Part shown: positions 1-12,913 of the stretch, piece by piece
Numbering within the stretch: position 1 is the first letter of the stretch
How the letters are laid out: every line of letters begins with the position of its first letter
From: Moniliella sp. 'wahieum'
Lineage: Eukaryota
Direction: 5' to 3'
NCBI GenBank assembly: GCA_003971905.1
Contig: RSEE01000002.1
Location: forward strand, 992,001 to 1,056,000
Length of the DNA stretch: 64,000 bases
Made by a program: the position numbers and the translations under genes
The notes under the pieces: model-generated
Seen by the model: only the letters and a program-made list of their open reading frames with translations
What the model was told of the DNA's origin: nothing
Database searches by the model: none

Positions 1-9
1 TCAAGCTGT

Positions 10-545
10 TCAAGCTTCAAGCTTCAAGCTCGAAGTGATCGCAGATCTGTCAAGCTTAATTAGATCAATTTCGATCGACCGTGGTATGTATTTGCAGTGC
101 CTAGTGGGGGGCGCCTGAGGCCTGAGAAGCATTCCACCGTTCAACGTTCAACGTTCAACGTTCATCGATCGTTCATCGATCATCGTACGTTCATCCACCC
201 ATCTTCTGGTGTCCTCATGCATCATGTCCTCCTGCATCATGCATGCCATGCCATCATGGGGCAGAGGGGCTAGCCTGGAGGCTAGTGGCATGCTGCAAGT
301 CTCACTGACCGGTGACCGGTGACGTATGACCAACTGATCGATGATGCAATGATGCATGATCGATGATCGATGATCGATGACGCGTGACGCATGGCGCATG
401 GCGCTCGATGACGTGTGACGTATGACGCGTGACGGGTCATATAGTTATACGAATGTGTCATCATGTGCCACGTGCCACGCGCCACGTGATTATTGGGCCT
501 GGACCCACGTGATGTGTGACATGTGACGTGTGACGTGTGATGCTT
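10..545. repeat. Cluster of 7-bp-period (TNA + palindromic 4-mer) arrays
   Basis: (TCA AGCT)n at 10-30; (TCA ACGT)n at ~141-163; mosaic (TGA NNNN)n at 306-439; TGA CATG / TGA CGTG units at ~517-540. Confidence 0.9.
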
Positions 546-1458
546 GTGATGCTTGTGGGGAAAGCCAGAGGAGATCGACGAGAGCAACGTGCATGGGACA
601 CTCCCGTGGAACCTGTGCACCAGGCAATCAATCAATACCTGGCAATTCCCAGTCAAGAGACTCAGCCCAGAGCCCATTCTGGCTGAGCCGGGTGCAACGG
701 TCAGTTCGCTGGCGCTCAGCTCATACGCTGATGCCGTTGGCGGACTACAGCCTATTACAGCTGCTATAGCATGTGCTACATGCAGCAGGACAGCCCCCAG
801 CAAGCCCAGATCCATAGCCCGACAGCCTGATGAACATAGGACAGAGAAACTGCACCCCTTTTTCCTGCTAGAGCGCATATGAGCTCTCGGGTTTGTACCG
901 GGTACCGATTATCGATTCCTAGCTTTACCGGTTTCACCGGTTACCAATGATTAATGAAAGCGGAAACAAGCTAGGTTCTTCTGTCTCTGTTAGTTGAATC
1001 GATAACGTTGTTTGATACAACCTTTCCAGCTTCTGATAATCGATAATCGAGATAATCGACGGTCAGCGAGTTCAGACTTCAATATAAGCTTCAAGCTTCA
1101 GGCCAGGGGCCTGAGGTACTATATACTCAGTAATAGTAGTCATTAAGTCATTAGTCACTACTAGCTTCACGGACGTGTATTGAGCAACTGATTACTATTG
1201 CTGATAGTGCTGATGAGTTCTGGGGGTTTCCTGGGGTACTGAGATCTGAAAGATCTGAGAATCAAGCTTCAAGGCCGGCCCATTCCCTCATCGATCTCAG
1301 ATCTCATGGAGTATCAGTATATCAGGGTCCCAGGGGCATGCGGATTTGCAGCGGACTGTTGAACACATTGACGTTGAGCGCTGAGCACGTACGTTGAGCC
1401 CCCGATTTGGCCCTTTTACTTTTGTTGTGGGCTACAGAACCATGCCACTGTATCGGTA

Positions 1459-1507
1459 TCAAGCTATCAAGCTTCAAGCCTTCAAGCTTCAAGCTTCAAG
1501 CTTCAAG
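1459..1507. repeat. (TCAAGCT)n heptamer array
   Basis: tcaagctatcaagcttcaagccttcaagcttcaagcttcaagcttcaag, read directly. Confidence 0.9.
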
Positions 1508-2657
1508 ACACGGCATGTGTGCTACGAGAGTGCCGCAGCCACAGCACAGCCTCTGCCGTCAGCGCGTCAGCGCATCAGTGCGTCTGGCCCCCAGACCCTC
1601 AGACCCAACCCTAACGTCTAAACCTCAGGCCCTCCTCACCTTTGACTTCTCGCCCAAGACTCTCCAGACCCTTCCCCCCTGGTCGGCCGCTAAAGCTTCT
1701 GGCTGGGCTCCCAAAGATCGCCTTATCCCCTAGTAGACTGATAGTCGATCTTTTGCCGATAGGCACCACAACAATATAACTAAGATCGTTAAGATCATCG
1801 ACCATCCTCCCATATCTCTATTTTGGGACCGTGTCATTGACAGAGCCTAAGGCTGGGACATAGAAACAGTATTTAAAAGCAGTTCAAAACTACGGCTGTT
1901 CAGTTCAAAAGAAACACTCAGACGTTCAGGTGTATCAATGCGTTAATATATGCCACTCAGCATTCGATTAGCAGAGGTAAACACCTTGCATTTTTATCGT
2001 TACGGTGTATAGGTTTGCTGTCCGCGGGGTGATAGTTTCTGGGAAAGAATGACACCAATGGGTATCAAACACCTTACTGTTTACCTATTGCATATTGGCC
2101 AGGGACGCGCTATCGAGATCCGGGATCGGAGCAGTTGCAGGACCACAAGCATCACTCTATGACAGTCTCAAAAAGTCGTCAACATTCCCTACTGCTTCAT
2201 CGGCCCTATAGGGCCTGTGAAATCTCCTGTTGCACGTTTTGGGCACTGTCTGGGGTGTACGGGTATGCAAATGAGGGCATTTGTTCGGGAGACCAGGCAG
2301 CTAGAGTTGGTATACTTAGCTGGATGATGTATACACGAGAGTATACGGAAGCCACCGAGAATATTTTTGGCCTCTCTCGTGGGGACGGATAGGTGCATAT
2401 GATCCGTATAAAAGGGGAGAGGGAACCAGGCTTTCGGCTGATGCGCCACAGTATTTGGACGCTATACCGGCTGTTAGACATTTCGTTGGTTATGTGTGAA
2501 CCACACACAGACCAAGCAAACCTATGCATTTTGCATTGGTGGAGGAAGACAAATGCCCATGCGTGCACCAACAGAGCTGTCCCGCAACAATTATCAGTCA
2601 CAAGTTAGTTACGACGCTCTAGATATACAGCTTCCTGCCTCTCTTTTACCGTTTTAC

Positions 2658-3102
2658 TGTAACGCGTAAGCTAGGCTCCGGCCTGGGAAACACCTAGTCT
2701 CTATAAAGCACATAGAACGATCACAGTGTGTACGTGGTGCGTTGGATATGAGATGGCCTGATCAAAGCTAAGTCCGCCTGCTCTTCACATGCCCAGTAGA
2801 GCGCACTGAGAAGTCCACCAAGTTTGATGATATGGCCCGTAAAAACCATGTACCGTGGCCCGAGTGGCCATGCCCGTGCGACAATTACAATCAGCGAGTG
2901 AGAATCTATCAACAAGGTGAGCGATAGGTACTAAAGGGAAGAGAAAAGGAAAAGGAGAAGAGGGCAGTACAAGCAACAGTGGGCAGAGTGTATACAGTTT
3001 CTGGTCTGCCCGCGGCAACTCTAGGGTCTGTAACCCTTTTTTCACAATTACTACTAATCAGCCGCCAGAACGCCGCCACAGGTACGACGTAGCAGCATTA
3101 CA
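2658..3102. mobile_element. Degenerate solo-LTR-like element sharing a segment with the 19514-20344 LTR
   Basis: Termini TGTAACGC...GCATTACA (7/8 inverted match). 2725-2885 aligns by eye in reverse complement with ~20188-20335 (shared gctctactgggcatgt, agcaggcgg, ttagctt, atcatca.acttggt). No matching TSD found, so the boundaries are tentative. Confidence 0.5.
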
Positions 3103-3317
3103 TGCATTACCAGGTATTCTTTAGGGTGCATCATCATGATGGGTACAGCTTTTCTAATTGCTTGCTTCCTGACCCTCTTGGTCCCTGCTCAACAACTCAG
3201 CGCCTCATCAGTGGCCGCGAAACGCTTCCCTCCCGCCTCCCACAAGGGTTTACGATCAAGAAACCATAGACTGCGAGAAGTATTGAGAATTTGTAGGAAT
3301 TTTGGGAATTGAATATT

Positions 3318-5323
3318 GAGATCTGAGTACTCAACTGAAGGAGCGCACATGAGACCTGACCCTGAGGTCTGACGAGGCTTGATGCTTTGAGATCTGTTGA
3401 GATCTGAGATCCTGAGACTGAGAGGCGAATAGTCTTTTAAGCGCCTAAAAGCGCTTTTGAGCTTCATGCAGACAGCGAGTCAGAAGTAACGTCTCAGAGA
3501 CATTGCGGTGTCGCACAGGCCATAATTCGCGGACTTTCTGAGGTTTTATATACGCCAGGAACATTTTGGAACCTGAGGCTCAGGCCTGAGCATACTGAAG
3601 CTTGAAGACTGTTACGCGTTACGTGAAGCTTGAAGCTTGAAAGTGGGACAGCCCCTCCATATCAATGAGGCGCAGTTGTGAAGCTTAAAAGTTGTGTACA
3701 AAAGGGGCCTGTAAACACGGCCTACAAGTACAACAAGCTAGCCTAAGGTAAGGCCATATGAACGTTCGCCGAAGCCTGTAAGGGAACCCCTGGAAAAGTC
3801 TACATAGAGCAATCCAACGGTGGTGGTGGTGGTCTGCTTGTAATGGCATGATGCCCCTGAACTTGAAGATGAGGCAGGAGGCCGGCAGGAGGCCGCGGCA
3901 GGTTTCCAAATTCATGCATGATGCATGATGCATCATGCACATCATGCCTATACCAGGCAAAGCCATACTGTTGGGGGAGAGACAGGGGTTCGAAGAAACC
4001 AATGATACACACGTGTAGGCGTCGGAGGTCAAATTTTAAAGAGGGTGTACATGGTACAAGGGAGGAAATGTAATAAGACCTAAGGAAGCCTAAGGCCTAA
4101 AGGGCTTGGTAAGGATCGATGATCGGTGATCGCAAGGGCCGTCACGCGTCACGCGTCGCCCGTCACGTGCAGACATGAGATCTAAGAATCTGAGGTCTGA
4201 GAGCGCGGAGATATGTGAGATCGATCGGAAACCATACAGTACGTGTGTAACGTAATAATTGTCTGGAGTAATAACATCAACTGCTTGCATGATGCATCAT
4301 GCATCAATGATCTGTAGGATTTGCGTACAGTAAGAAGACGACGTTACGCGCTAACCGGCTTGACCATGGCGGGCGTGGCGGGGCATGGACCGATTCGCAT
4401 TGAGCGCGTTGAGCGCTGAGCTGAGCACATTGACCTATTTTTCCGTTGTGGCAAAAGATGTGGCTGTGGCAGGTGTTACTAGAGGGGGGAGCATATGGCG
4501 GATGTAAAGGGCATGTAACTTGCAAACGAGTAGTGACATATGTAAACGCCTGATAACGGGTACGCGTAACGCGTAACGCGCAACGCGTAACGGGGGAAGG
4601 AAAAAGATACTGCAGAGTGGTGTGATGGGCAGCAAAGGCTCTCCTTAGGCCTCAGGGCCTCAGGGCCTCAGGCCTCACATGTCACCTCAATTCCTATCGC
4701 AATGGGCTGCAAAGGAGAGAGACATATACCCAGAGTTATCTCACTGCCTTTCACTCTCTCCTCACTGCCCGCTGCTCTCTCTACTTCCACGCAGTATACT
4801 CATCGCCCAGCCTGAGCCTGAACATCTGAGAACGCTCGCCACTGCAGTAATCGATCCCTATCGATTTCTGAGACCTCTCGCACTTGATTACCTACTGTGG
4901 TATCGGGATGGCGAAAGATGGAACAAAAGATGGCCTGTGGTGGAAGTTTGAGCCCTCCGGACACTGAATATTCTTAATCGTTCTGAGAGAGCGCTCAAAA
5001 AACTTGCATTAAACACATAGTAGTAGCTTGCATCACGCCAAGCCGTGAAGAATGAAGAAAAGTTAGAGTTAGATGATTGATGCGACCTCTCGAAGAGGCT
5101 CGCGAGGGCCTGAAGCTGTTAAGACACTGTGGCCTGGCCTGTTTTTGGGGCTATGGATGCGATCGAAGGGATACAAGAGGGCTTAGATTGCTGCTGTCGA
5201 CTGCCGGCACCTGATGAGGCCGAGGAGGCGAGGAGACCTGAGGCCTCAGCCTGAGGCCCTAGGCCAGAGTTGGAAGAACAGAACAGCAGTGGGGATGATC
5301 GATCGATCATCGATGGTCGATGA
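3318..5323. repeat. Dense field of heptamer palindromic arrays
   Basis: GATC cores ~3388-3415; AGCT 3596-3640; TGCA 3912-3945 and 4287-4306; CGCG 4141-4157 and 4560-4592 (TAA linker); GCGC ~4410; GGCC 4645-4677 and 5237-5258; TCGA 5296-5323. Confidence 0.85.
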
Positions 5324-8278
5324 AAAAACAAGATGATGGAAGGGAGACTAAGAAATACAGAGGATTTACTGAGTAATACTCATCCCATCAGTCACACCCA
5401 TCTCTGAGTGCTCAGAGAGTGCTCAGACCGAGCATTATACGGCTGTGACTAATACACTTGTATGAATTGAGTATACTTGTACCGAATACTGACATTCGTA
5501 GCCAAAGCAGTATTCTATGCAAGAAAATGACTCGGACGGAGTGCGACTCTCCGATGCATTCGGTTTGAGACATGTAGTGGCGCTTGAGGCCTGATGAGGG
5601 TGGATGGTGCGAACTGTAGTGCTAGAACCAATAAATGGGCGGGGCGAAGCAGGAAGGGAGGAGCGGGGAAAGTAGTTGTTGCGTGAAGTATCAGAGCGAA
5701 GTGGCGAAAAGAGATGTTAAAGGAATGGGCCACGAGATTAACGCATTTATCTGCACGGAGTTCCGACAGATCCGAGGTAAATAGAACTCCCAAGGCACGA
5801 CGGACGATGACTTTGACATTCTCGTGAGCTTGCCCCTTTGAGTGGGAGGATGCAGCAGCCCGCTAATGAGGTCAACGGCTAATACTCTCTTTATTAGTCG
5901 TTACCACTCCTTTTTAGACGCACGCGCGTCGACGAACGCATTTACGACGCGGCCCAAGCGCTGTCAGGGGGGGTGGAGAAGAGCCGGAAGGAAGTGCCCA
6001 AGAAGCTCGACGATGCCGACGGTCGCAATGTCGTCGAGCAAGCAACGCGCTCAATCACACCTGGCTCTCCTCAATCCCATGATCTGTGTGCCTTCGGCTC
6101 ACAAACAAGAAGTTCAGGTTGGTCTCCAGCTCCGCACCTGTTGTGCCGTTCCACGCACAGCATGGGCCAGTGTGTCGTGTCATGTCCTCGCTAAGCACAT
6201 CATGGCTTTAGCCTCACCCAGTCCAATTTTGGTGCATTTCACGAGGTTCCCATTCTTCACTGCGGCGATCCATCCCCCACGACCACATCCACGAGCCGAC
6301 TAAGGGGGGGGGGTAATGATGGGGCGAGGTGTGGAAGGATATGACGATGCGTATTATATTGACTACCGAGTGTTGAGACCTGAAGCCTTCGGAGGATAAA
6401 GAATGGAGATGGACCTCACTTTGTGGAGATCGGGAACGCGGGAGGCGCTGTCTGCGTACGGAAGGGTGGTACACGAGAAGAGCACGCGACGCCATTTGAA
6501 CGCCACGAGAAAACTGATCCAGCGACGGGGGTACAGGGCAACCCTCTTCTCATTCGCACGCCCCTCGGGTGCGAGTCAAAGTCGTTTGGGAGGGGAAGGG
6601 GAACGGACGGAGGAGGTAGCGGCGCTGTTGGCCCGCTGGCCAAATCTCGCCTCTTCGGGACTTGGGGAAAAGTATACGAGCTCCGCTGGCCCGCCTGCCA
6701 ACGTTCGCTCGCACGAATACAAGGTCCTGGGGACTGCTAAGAGGATCGGCGCTCTCCGCTGGCCCGCCAGCCAGTTTTCACCGTCACAAAAAATGGTTCT
6801 TGCGTGCGAACCCGGGTACTATACTAGACACTTGTCCCATTCAGATTATTCCTAGAGTCGAAGCATATGGAAGGAGGAGGGGGGAGAGAAGCCGAGAAGC
6901 GAGAGGGACAATAAGGGATTGGAGGTGGTTGGTGCAAGGCGACTTGATCAAGGCGACTTAATCTCACCCCGTTGCAATCCTGATCTGATGGCGGTTTCTC
7001 TGGTTCCTAAAGGGTTGACGCCAACAAGCAACGCACACCAGAGGTAACAGGTCAACAGTTTAGGCCCAGCATTTCTTTGTCTCAGCCTAAGCTCTCTGTC
7101 AATGATATCATTAGAGATCGAGATGTGGTACCTCGAACACAGTCCCAATGAAGGACTCCTGAAGCTTCTCTCAAGCGTTTCATCAAAGCGAATTGAGATG
7201 GCTTGCCTTAATTGTGCCCAACCGACGATGTAAACCATTGTTGGGGCGAGGGTTAAATACATGTCCGGTACACCTGATAACTATCATCATTTGCAAAGCG
7301 TAAGATATTAGGGATAGCGAAATGCTACACCTACCGAGCTCGCTCAATATGAGCCGGCATGTGCTGCTCACACGTATACAAAAATAACTAGAGGAGGCCA
7401 GTGGAGTCGCGCACACGTCAGACTTCTTGTTTCCCGCCACAGCTGCTTCCCAAAACCGGATGCAGTGTGAGGATACGAATAAGTTTGAAAGGCATATATG
7501 TGAGCGAAGAACCATCTCCAATGAGACTCTTCAGTAAGATTCTTCATGTGCTCAAACATCTTGTTGGCCGTCTTCGACGGTGTGACATAGTACCTTCCTC
7601 GTGTCACCATGGCCAGAGGGAAGGACAGGTCGCGAGTGCGTCCCTGATAATACTTGGTATTTTCTTGTCGCATCATTACGTTTGCTCCACAACAGTCCAT
7701 GCACCCCTTTCTCGCGGCGTTGCCCAAGGGGTTCCGTCTCCTCGCATGCTATTTGCCTGTAAGTGACCTTCATGGCCTCCTTTTTGGACCCGAGCCACTC
7801 ACTATACACATGCAGGATGTGTGGCCCGCACCTCCATTCCTGATCATCCTAACGCTCCTGGTGTCACACGGCAACACTCGCTTGTCCGTGCGTCTGGTCT
7901 TGCTTCCCCCGATGTTTCCTCGTCTTCCTCCACCGTCGGCTCATTGAAAATATGTGTACCCCGGTGGTACGCACAAGTCGGAAGATCGGCTTCCGCGCGA
8001 CCTCTCATGCAACGCCCTGCAAAACGCCCCGAAATGAATGTGTAAAAGGGGGCCGGGGATGGGACGCCTCTGAGAATTTGAACGTTCAAATGAACCCTGA
8101 ATAGTTGAAATATACCACCCATGGCCCACCTGAGGATTAGGTAACCTTGCCGCTGGCGTTGTCCACCGAGGCGACTACGACGCCATCAAACAGCCCATCA
8201 ACACCTGACCCGCCTACTCTGGCGGTTGTTTGAGTCGCTTTCTTTCCCTTTGTTCGCGCCGTGCTCGATCTTGGAACG

Positions 8279-8865
8279 ATGGCGTCTGGAATCCGCAGTA
8301 CGTGGTATTGCTACCTCTGACGAATAGCTACTGATTTTTTGTATGATGGGTAGCTGTCATCTGGCTCGCCTTTGTCTTGGCGTTTGGCTTTTTGCTGCTG
8401 ATTCTTTCGTGTGCACTTTGGTCCAACTGGTATCCCCTTCTGGTTGGTACGTGCTCCCCTGGTTCTCCACCCATCATCAAATCTTTGGCCGACGTATTGC
8501 TCAGCTGGCTCGGCTGTCGATCTGCTACGCATGTTTCTGACTGCTAATCCGCCTCCCGTCTTCTGTTTGTGTTCGCAGCTCTCCTTTTCGTTCTCGCCCC
8601 GATTCCTAATTCGCTTTGCTCCCGCCTGGCCGGTTATGACGACTACTCAGCGGATTACAACACGGCCTTTGTCGACCTAGGCAACTTTCTCACCTCCATC
8701 ATGGTTGTCAGTGGGGTGGCACTTCCCTTGGCCCTCGCCCACGCCGGCGTGATCACCACAACGGCGTGTGGCATGTCGATTGTAGGGGGGGCGTTGGTGT
8801 ACGCGACGATGGTCACGTACCATGCTTTCTTTGCTGAGGAGGAAGATGCCCACTTTGGATTTTGA
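8279..8865 (+). CDS. VPS55: Vacuolar protein sorting 55 (Vps55/OB-RGRP family), 3 exons
   Basis: Exons 8279-8297, 8354-8446, 8579-8865 with GTACGT...AG introns give MASGIRTVIWLAFVLAFGFLLLILSCALWSNWYPLLVALLFVLAPIPN...DLGNFLTSIMVVSGVALPLALAHAGVI..., the typical Vps55 four-TM pattern. Confidence 0.93.
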
Positions 8866-9629
8866 GCATGGGCAGGGGGGTGCTGGGAGTGACCCACTGT
8901 CCTTCGCCTGAATGCGCGCGCCGCTGTAGGTCCCCCCCCAAATGGCTCAGGGTCGCCATCGCCATGCAATTCAACGTTTGGCACCGAGCGCACGTCATCG
9001 CCATGCACAGGAACGTGACTTTGTCCCGCTCCAACCAAGACGCTTCTAGATCTTGTCGAGATAGGGTGATGATGTGGAAGGAGCTGTTCGATGGGTCTGG
9101 CGGAGGACCGACGTGCTCCATGGTACCACAGAGAGTAAGGACCAGCAGTGTATGCAGGTCATGACGCGTAGACTAGTCCCACGCGTCGCAAAGCCCGGGG
9201 GTTTGGAGTGTTCGGGCTGGTACGGAGGTGCCCAACACACGTAGAGATTGTGGAGATGATGCTGCAGGTGCGGGGCATGCATCGCTCAATGTGAAGTGGC
9301 ACGGGTGAGAGGGAAACAGAAGCAAACTGAACATAAACAGCTATCTCTTCGCAGTGACTCAGGAGCCCCCGCAGGCCCCTGCAGGTGGTTTGTTGGTTGC
9401 CCTGGGGGTAATCGGTAAGTCTTGGCATTGGATACGATGGACTGGATCGTCGGTCAGCGCAAAGATGAGCCTGTACGTTGGCACCATAAACGTTAAACGT
9501 AAACCATTTTGCCTTGTTTCTCAGGAAAAGCCCTTGGAGGCTATCGTCCTCAGGCGTCGATATTCCATGCGGCAGATCCCAGTGAAGTCAATCAAGGCAT
9601 TCATCTATCAGCGTACTCAATAGTCAAGC

Positions 9630-9748
9630 TGTCAAGAGGTACAGAGGACTAGGTAGTGCAACAGAGTGTAGCGGTGAGTAACTGAGTAGTGTACTGTATG
9701 AACTAAAAACTGAGCCCCGATAGTGGGGGAGGGGGTCCAACTCTTGAC
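9630..9748. mobile_element. Short (~120 bp) LTR-like remnant
   Basis: Inverted termini TGTCAAGAG...CTCTTGAC; no TSD seen. Confidence 0.3.
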
Positions 9749-11584
9749 GCAGTTCGAAATAGTTGTTATAACCAGCTGAGACGCGGGGGATTCCCTCTCC
9801 CAGCCTTCTGGACGGGAACGTACGCTTCGCCTGTCCCAAAACGCTACGGGTATCGTCCCATAGCATGTGGCACAGTCCCTGTGTGCCCTGCATTCTCTGA
9901 TGTGTGCCTCACTGACCCTGGGCCTAGTACGGCCTCCTATAGATGCACCTCTATGATCCCGACCCAACTCTTCTGACTCCAATCCATCACCTCCTCTCCT
10001 CATCCTTCTGCCCGTCCAGTCTGTTGACCAGGGTCCTATGGGCCAGCCACCCCCGCGGCACTCCTGACCATCTTACTCATCCGGGCACCACACCAGTATC
10101 CCTATCCCCTGGCCTAGTGCCGCTCTCCTTTCTTCTCCTTCTTCTCCTTCTTTTTCTGATCCTCAGTCTGGGTTCAACCCAGCTCCTGTCTTCTCTCTGC
10201 CATTGCACAACTGCACTTAGGACGTCGCTGGGTCACCAGGATCATTACAGTCCCCTAGGCCAACAGTCTCTTCTCCACACGAGGTTGATGGGGCTGCTCG
10301 TCCACGGAACCTCTGCCGTGCCCGTTCTCAAAGCCGTTCGCATGCGGTCGTGGGGGGCTGTTGGCCCTGAAGCTCCCTCTGCTCCCCGAACCCTCGGCTA
10401 TACAAGGCCCCACCCTTCTCATAGCCTTCCGTACCTCTCCTCAGAACTACATCCTCCTCCTCTTTCAGCATGTTGCCTTGTTTCCTTGTTTTTAGTCCTT
10501 TTTCTTGTTACTAGCCATAGTTCGTGGTTTTCCCTCACGGTCCACTAGGGTCTCCCCCTACTCTGCTCGTCAATTGATCAACCCAGTGCAAGCAACTCCT
10601 CCGCTTAATTGCTCCTCCATCTCCCGTCTTCAGCTTTCCGTTCTCAGTTCACCCAGGTCGCGAGGGACTCACAGGTGTCACCCCGAAACCCAGCTCAGTT
10701 CAGCCGCGTGTGACCCTGCCTACAGCCACGCCGCCCCCATTCCCAGTCCAGCTCCAACAGTCCACAGCGCAACATATCTACTATTGCCTCCTCCCCGTCC
10801 CTGAGCGCTGAGCGCGAAGGCTTCAGACACGTTACTGCCGCCCAAGTCGGTGCTACGCAGCCTCACTGTGGCTTGTACCCGCCTCTGCTATACGCCGGGA
10901 GGCCTCTCCACGGGCGGTCGAAAAAAATAATTTCAACTCTTAGGACACCCCATTAATATTTTGCTCTCAAAAATTCCTGCACGGCACAAAAACGCTCCTG
11001 GATATAGGACAGCGAATTATCTCCAGCGTAACATATTGCGCTCTCCTGACCCCCTAACATTGTTTGCTCTCCTACACCTCAGGGAACCATAAACATCTCC
11101 TGAGGAGCACAAACTGAAAAGCTCTCCTGAACCAGGGGATCAAACACGCTCTCCCGGGGCTACAGATACAAAAAGGCTCAAAAGATGATATAGATGAAAA
11201 CATAATTCATTGGCACGAAAGGCAGCCGCCATAGCCATGGCCTCGGTCGCCGTTACAATGGTAAATGGAACCACGCGCACACAGCATGATCGACACCTGC
11301 AGGTCCAACTGGTAGGTCAACACATGACAGCCTTCTTGCCAAATAGAAGATCCCAAGGGTTGCCAAGCGTATCAACCATGAAAGTTGGCCCAAAACCATG
11401 GTGGCGGCGACGATTCACGACACACAACCCAAAGACTTCACGTACACAAGACATTGGGGTTAGGGGACCATGCAGTGAGGCTGACGCACTGACGTCCCTT
11501 GCGCTCGGCCAGCGACACAGAAGAGAAGAGTAAATGTGTAGCCTTGGGCGTGAGGGCGAGAGGAACCTTCCAATTGGAAAGATC

Positions 11585-11815
11585 ATAGAGGGACATAGCA
11601 CGGGGAGGGCAACGTACCGTGCACTTGGATCTGCCGCGCGAGCATAGAGTGAGGACAAAGCATGGGGAGGGCAACGTACCGTGCACTTGGACCTGCCGCG
11701 AGATGAAAGAGTGAGGACAAAGCATGGGGAGGGCAACGTACCGTACACTTGGACCTGCCGCGAGATGAAAGAGTGAGGACATAACATGGGGAGGGCAACA
11801 TACCTTGCACTTGAT
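11585..11815. repeat. 62-bp minisatellite, ~3.8 copies, inside the TIR element
   Basis: agtgaggac recurs at 11648, 11710 and 11772; core ggggagggcaacgtaccgtgcacttgga. Confidence 0.95.
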
Positions 11816-12209
11816 GTAGGTAGATGGGAGGGAAGCAAGTAATGGTCAGTACAAGCAATTTCGACGTACCGAATACTGCAGGCAGGCGGGAGTGCATCGG
11901 TTTGTTGTCAACGCGGTGAAGTTGGAAGGGAGCGGGAATGGGGCATGCCGTTGGCGCATGCCTTTTATAGCTCCCAAATTGTTGGCACCGCCGCGCGCAT
12001 ACACTGCCCCCGTGCATCTCACAGATTCTCTGCGCTCTCAACAGAAACCCAAGCCCGGGCCAGTGTATGGCGATTGGTAATCAAGGTTCCCTGAAATCAA
12101 GCCTGGGGCCAGTGTGGCCTTGATGAGTCATCGCATTAGTTGTTACGCGATTGTGTATTATACCAGCTGACGCGCGTGGCACGTGACAGGAGGACGAAAG
12201 TAATATACC

Positions 12210-12913
12210 AAGGCTGGTCCACTTTCTATACCGCGACTTGGTCGAACTTTACGCAACTGAAGCGCCGTTCATTATTGGTAAGGTCCTGCGCATAGGGCGT
12301 AACAGTAACAACAGTGGAGTTGCATGGGTTGGATTTCGCCCATTTAAAATCACAGGGGTCAAGCACCGCTCCGGGTGCCGTATCGTTGAAGAGGTGGAAG
12401 ATGCTCCTGAAGAGTTTGCCTTACTTGATGTGAGTGGACACATCAACACTGTGTTGAGCTGTTTGAACTAACTATTGATCTCGTTATCAGAGACTTGGAA
12501 CGGAGGCCCCCTTCCAACACGCCTGCACTAAGCGCTGTCTCATTGACCCTCAAGGAAAGAGGGTAGTTGTGCATAATCACGAGATCGATCCCGAGACTGG
12601 CGACTTTGAGGAGATTGAGTACTACACTGAGGAAGCATATCACGAGGGGCAAGGCCGAAGGCCGGTACCCAATGAGTATGCCATACGCAGTCCTCCTCAC
12701 ACCAAACCCTATATGGACCTGCGCATCAGTCGCTCACTCACACACATCACGCCCGAGCGTTTGAGTAGGAACGTCGCCGCAAACATCGACAAAACGAACG
12801 CGATGGCGCACATGAACAAGAGGAATCAGACCAAGGCTCGGCTAGTAGCCAATGCCTTGGCGCCCGACACCACGAAGCCCCGGAGTCTGACTAGGACAGA
12901 GGCCCATGCATAA
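12210..12913 (+). pseudogene. Residual coding fragment inside the TIR element (possible transposase/accessory C-terminus)
   Basis: ORFs 12238-12471 (FIIGKVLRIG...GHINTVLSC) and 12569-12913 read as natural protein and may be joined by an intron; no catalytic motif visible. Confidence 0.35.

Noticed and set aside
1..60. Telomeric repeat or cloning polylinker
   Set aside because: The same AAGCTT-based units recur at many internal sites in degenerate form; there are no TTAGGG-like repeats and no vector sequence.
148..5331. Short ORFs containing SSFKLQA, IIDHRSS or HASCIM peptides as a repeat-protein family
   Set aside because: These peptides are simply translations of the 7-bp DNA arrays, and the period is not a multiple of 3.
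7844..8129. RNase H2 subunit C
   Set aside because: Only a vague resemblance (FAGRCMRG, VPPGYT) split across frames; other family motifs not found.
9632..10003. Gag zinc knuckle in RECRAHRDCATC
   Set aside because: No CX2CX4HX4C spacing, and the orientation conflicts with the inferred LTR polarity.
11585..11815. CRISPR-like array
   Set aside because: The units are contiguous near-identical 62-mers with no unique spacers, the context is eukaryotic, and no cas genes are present.
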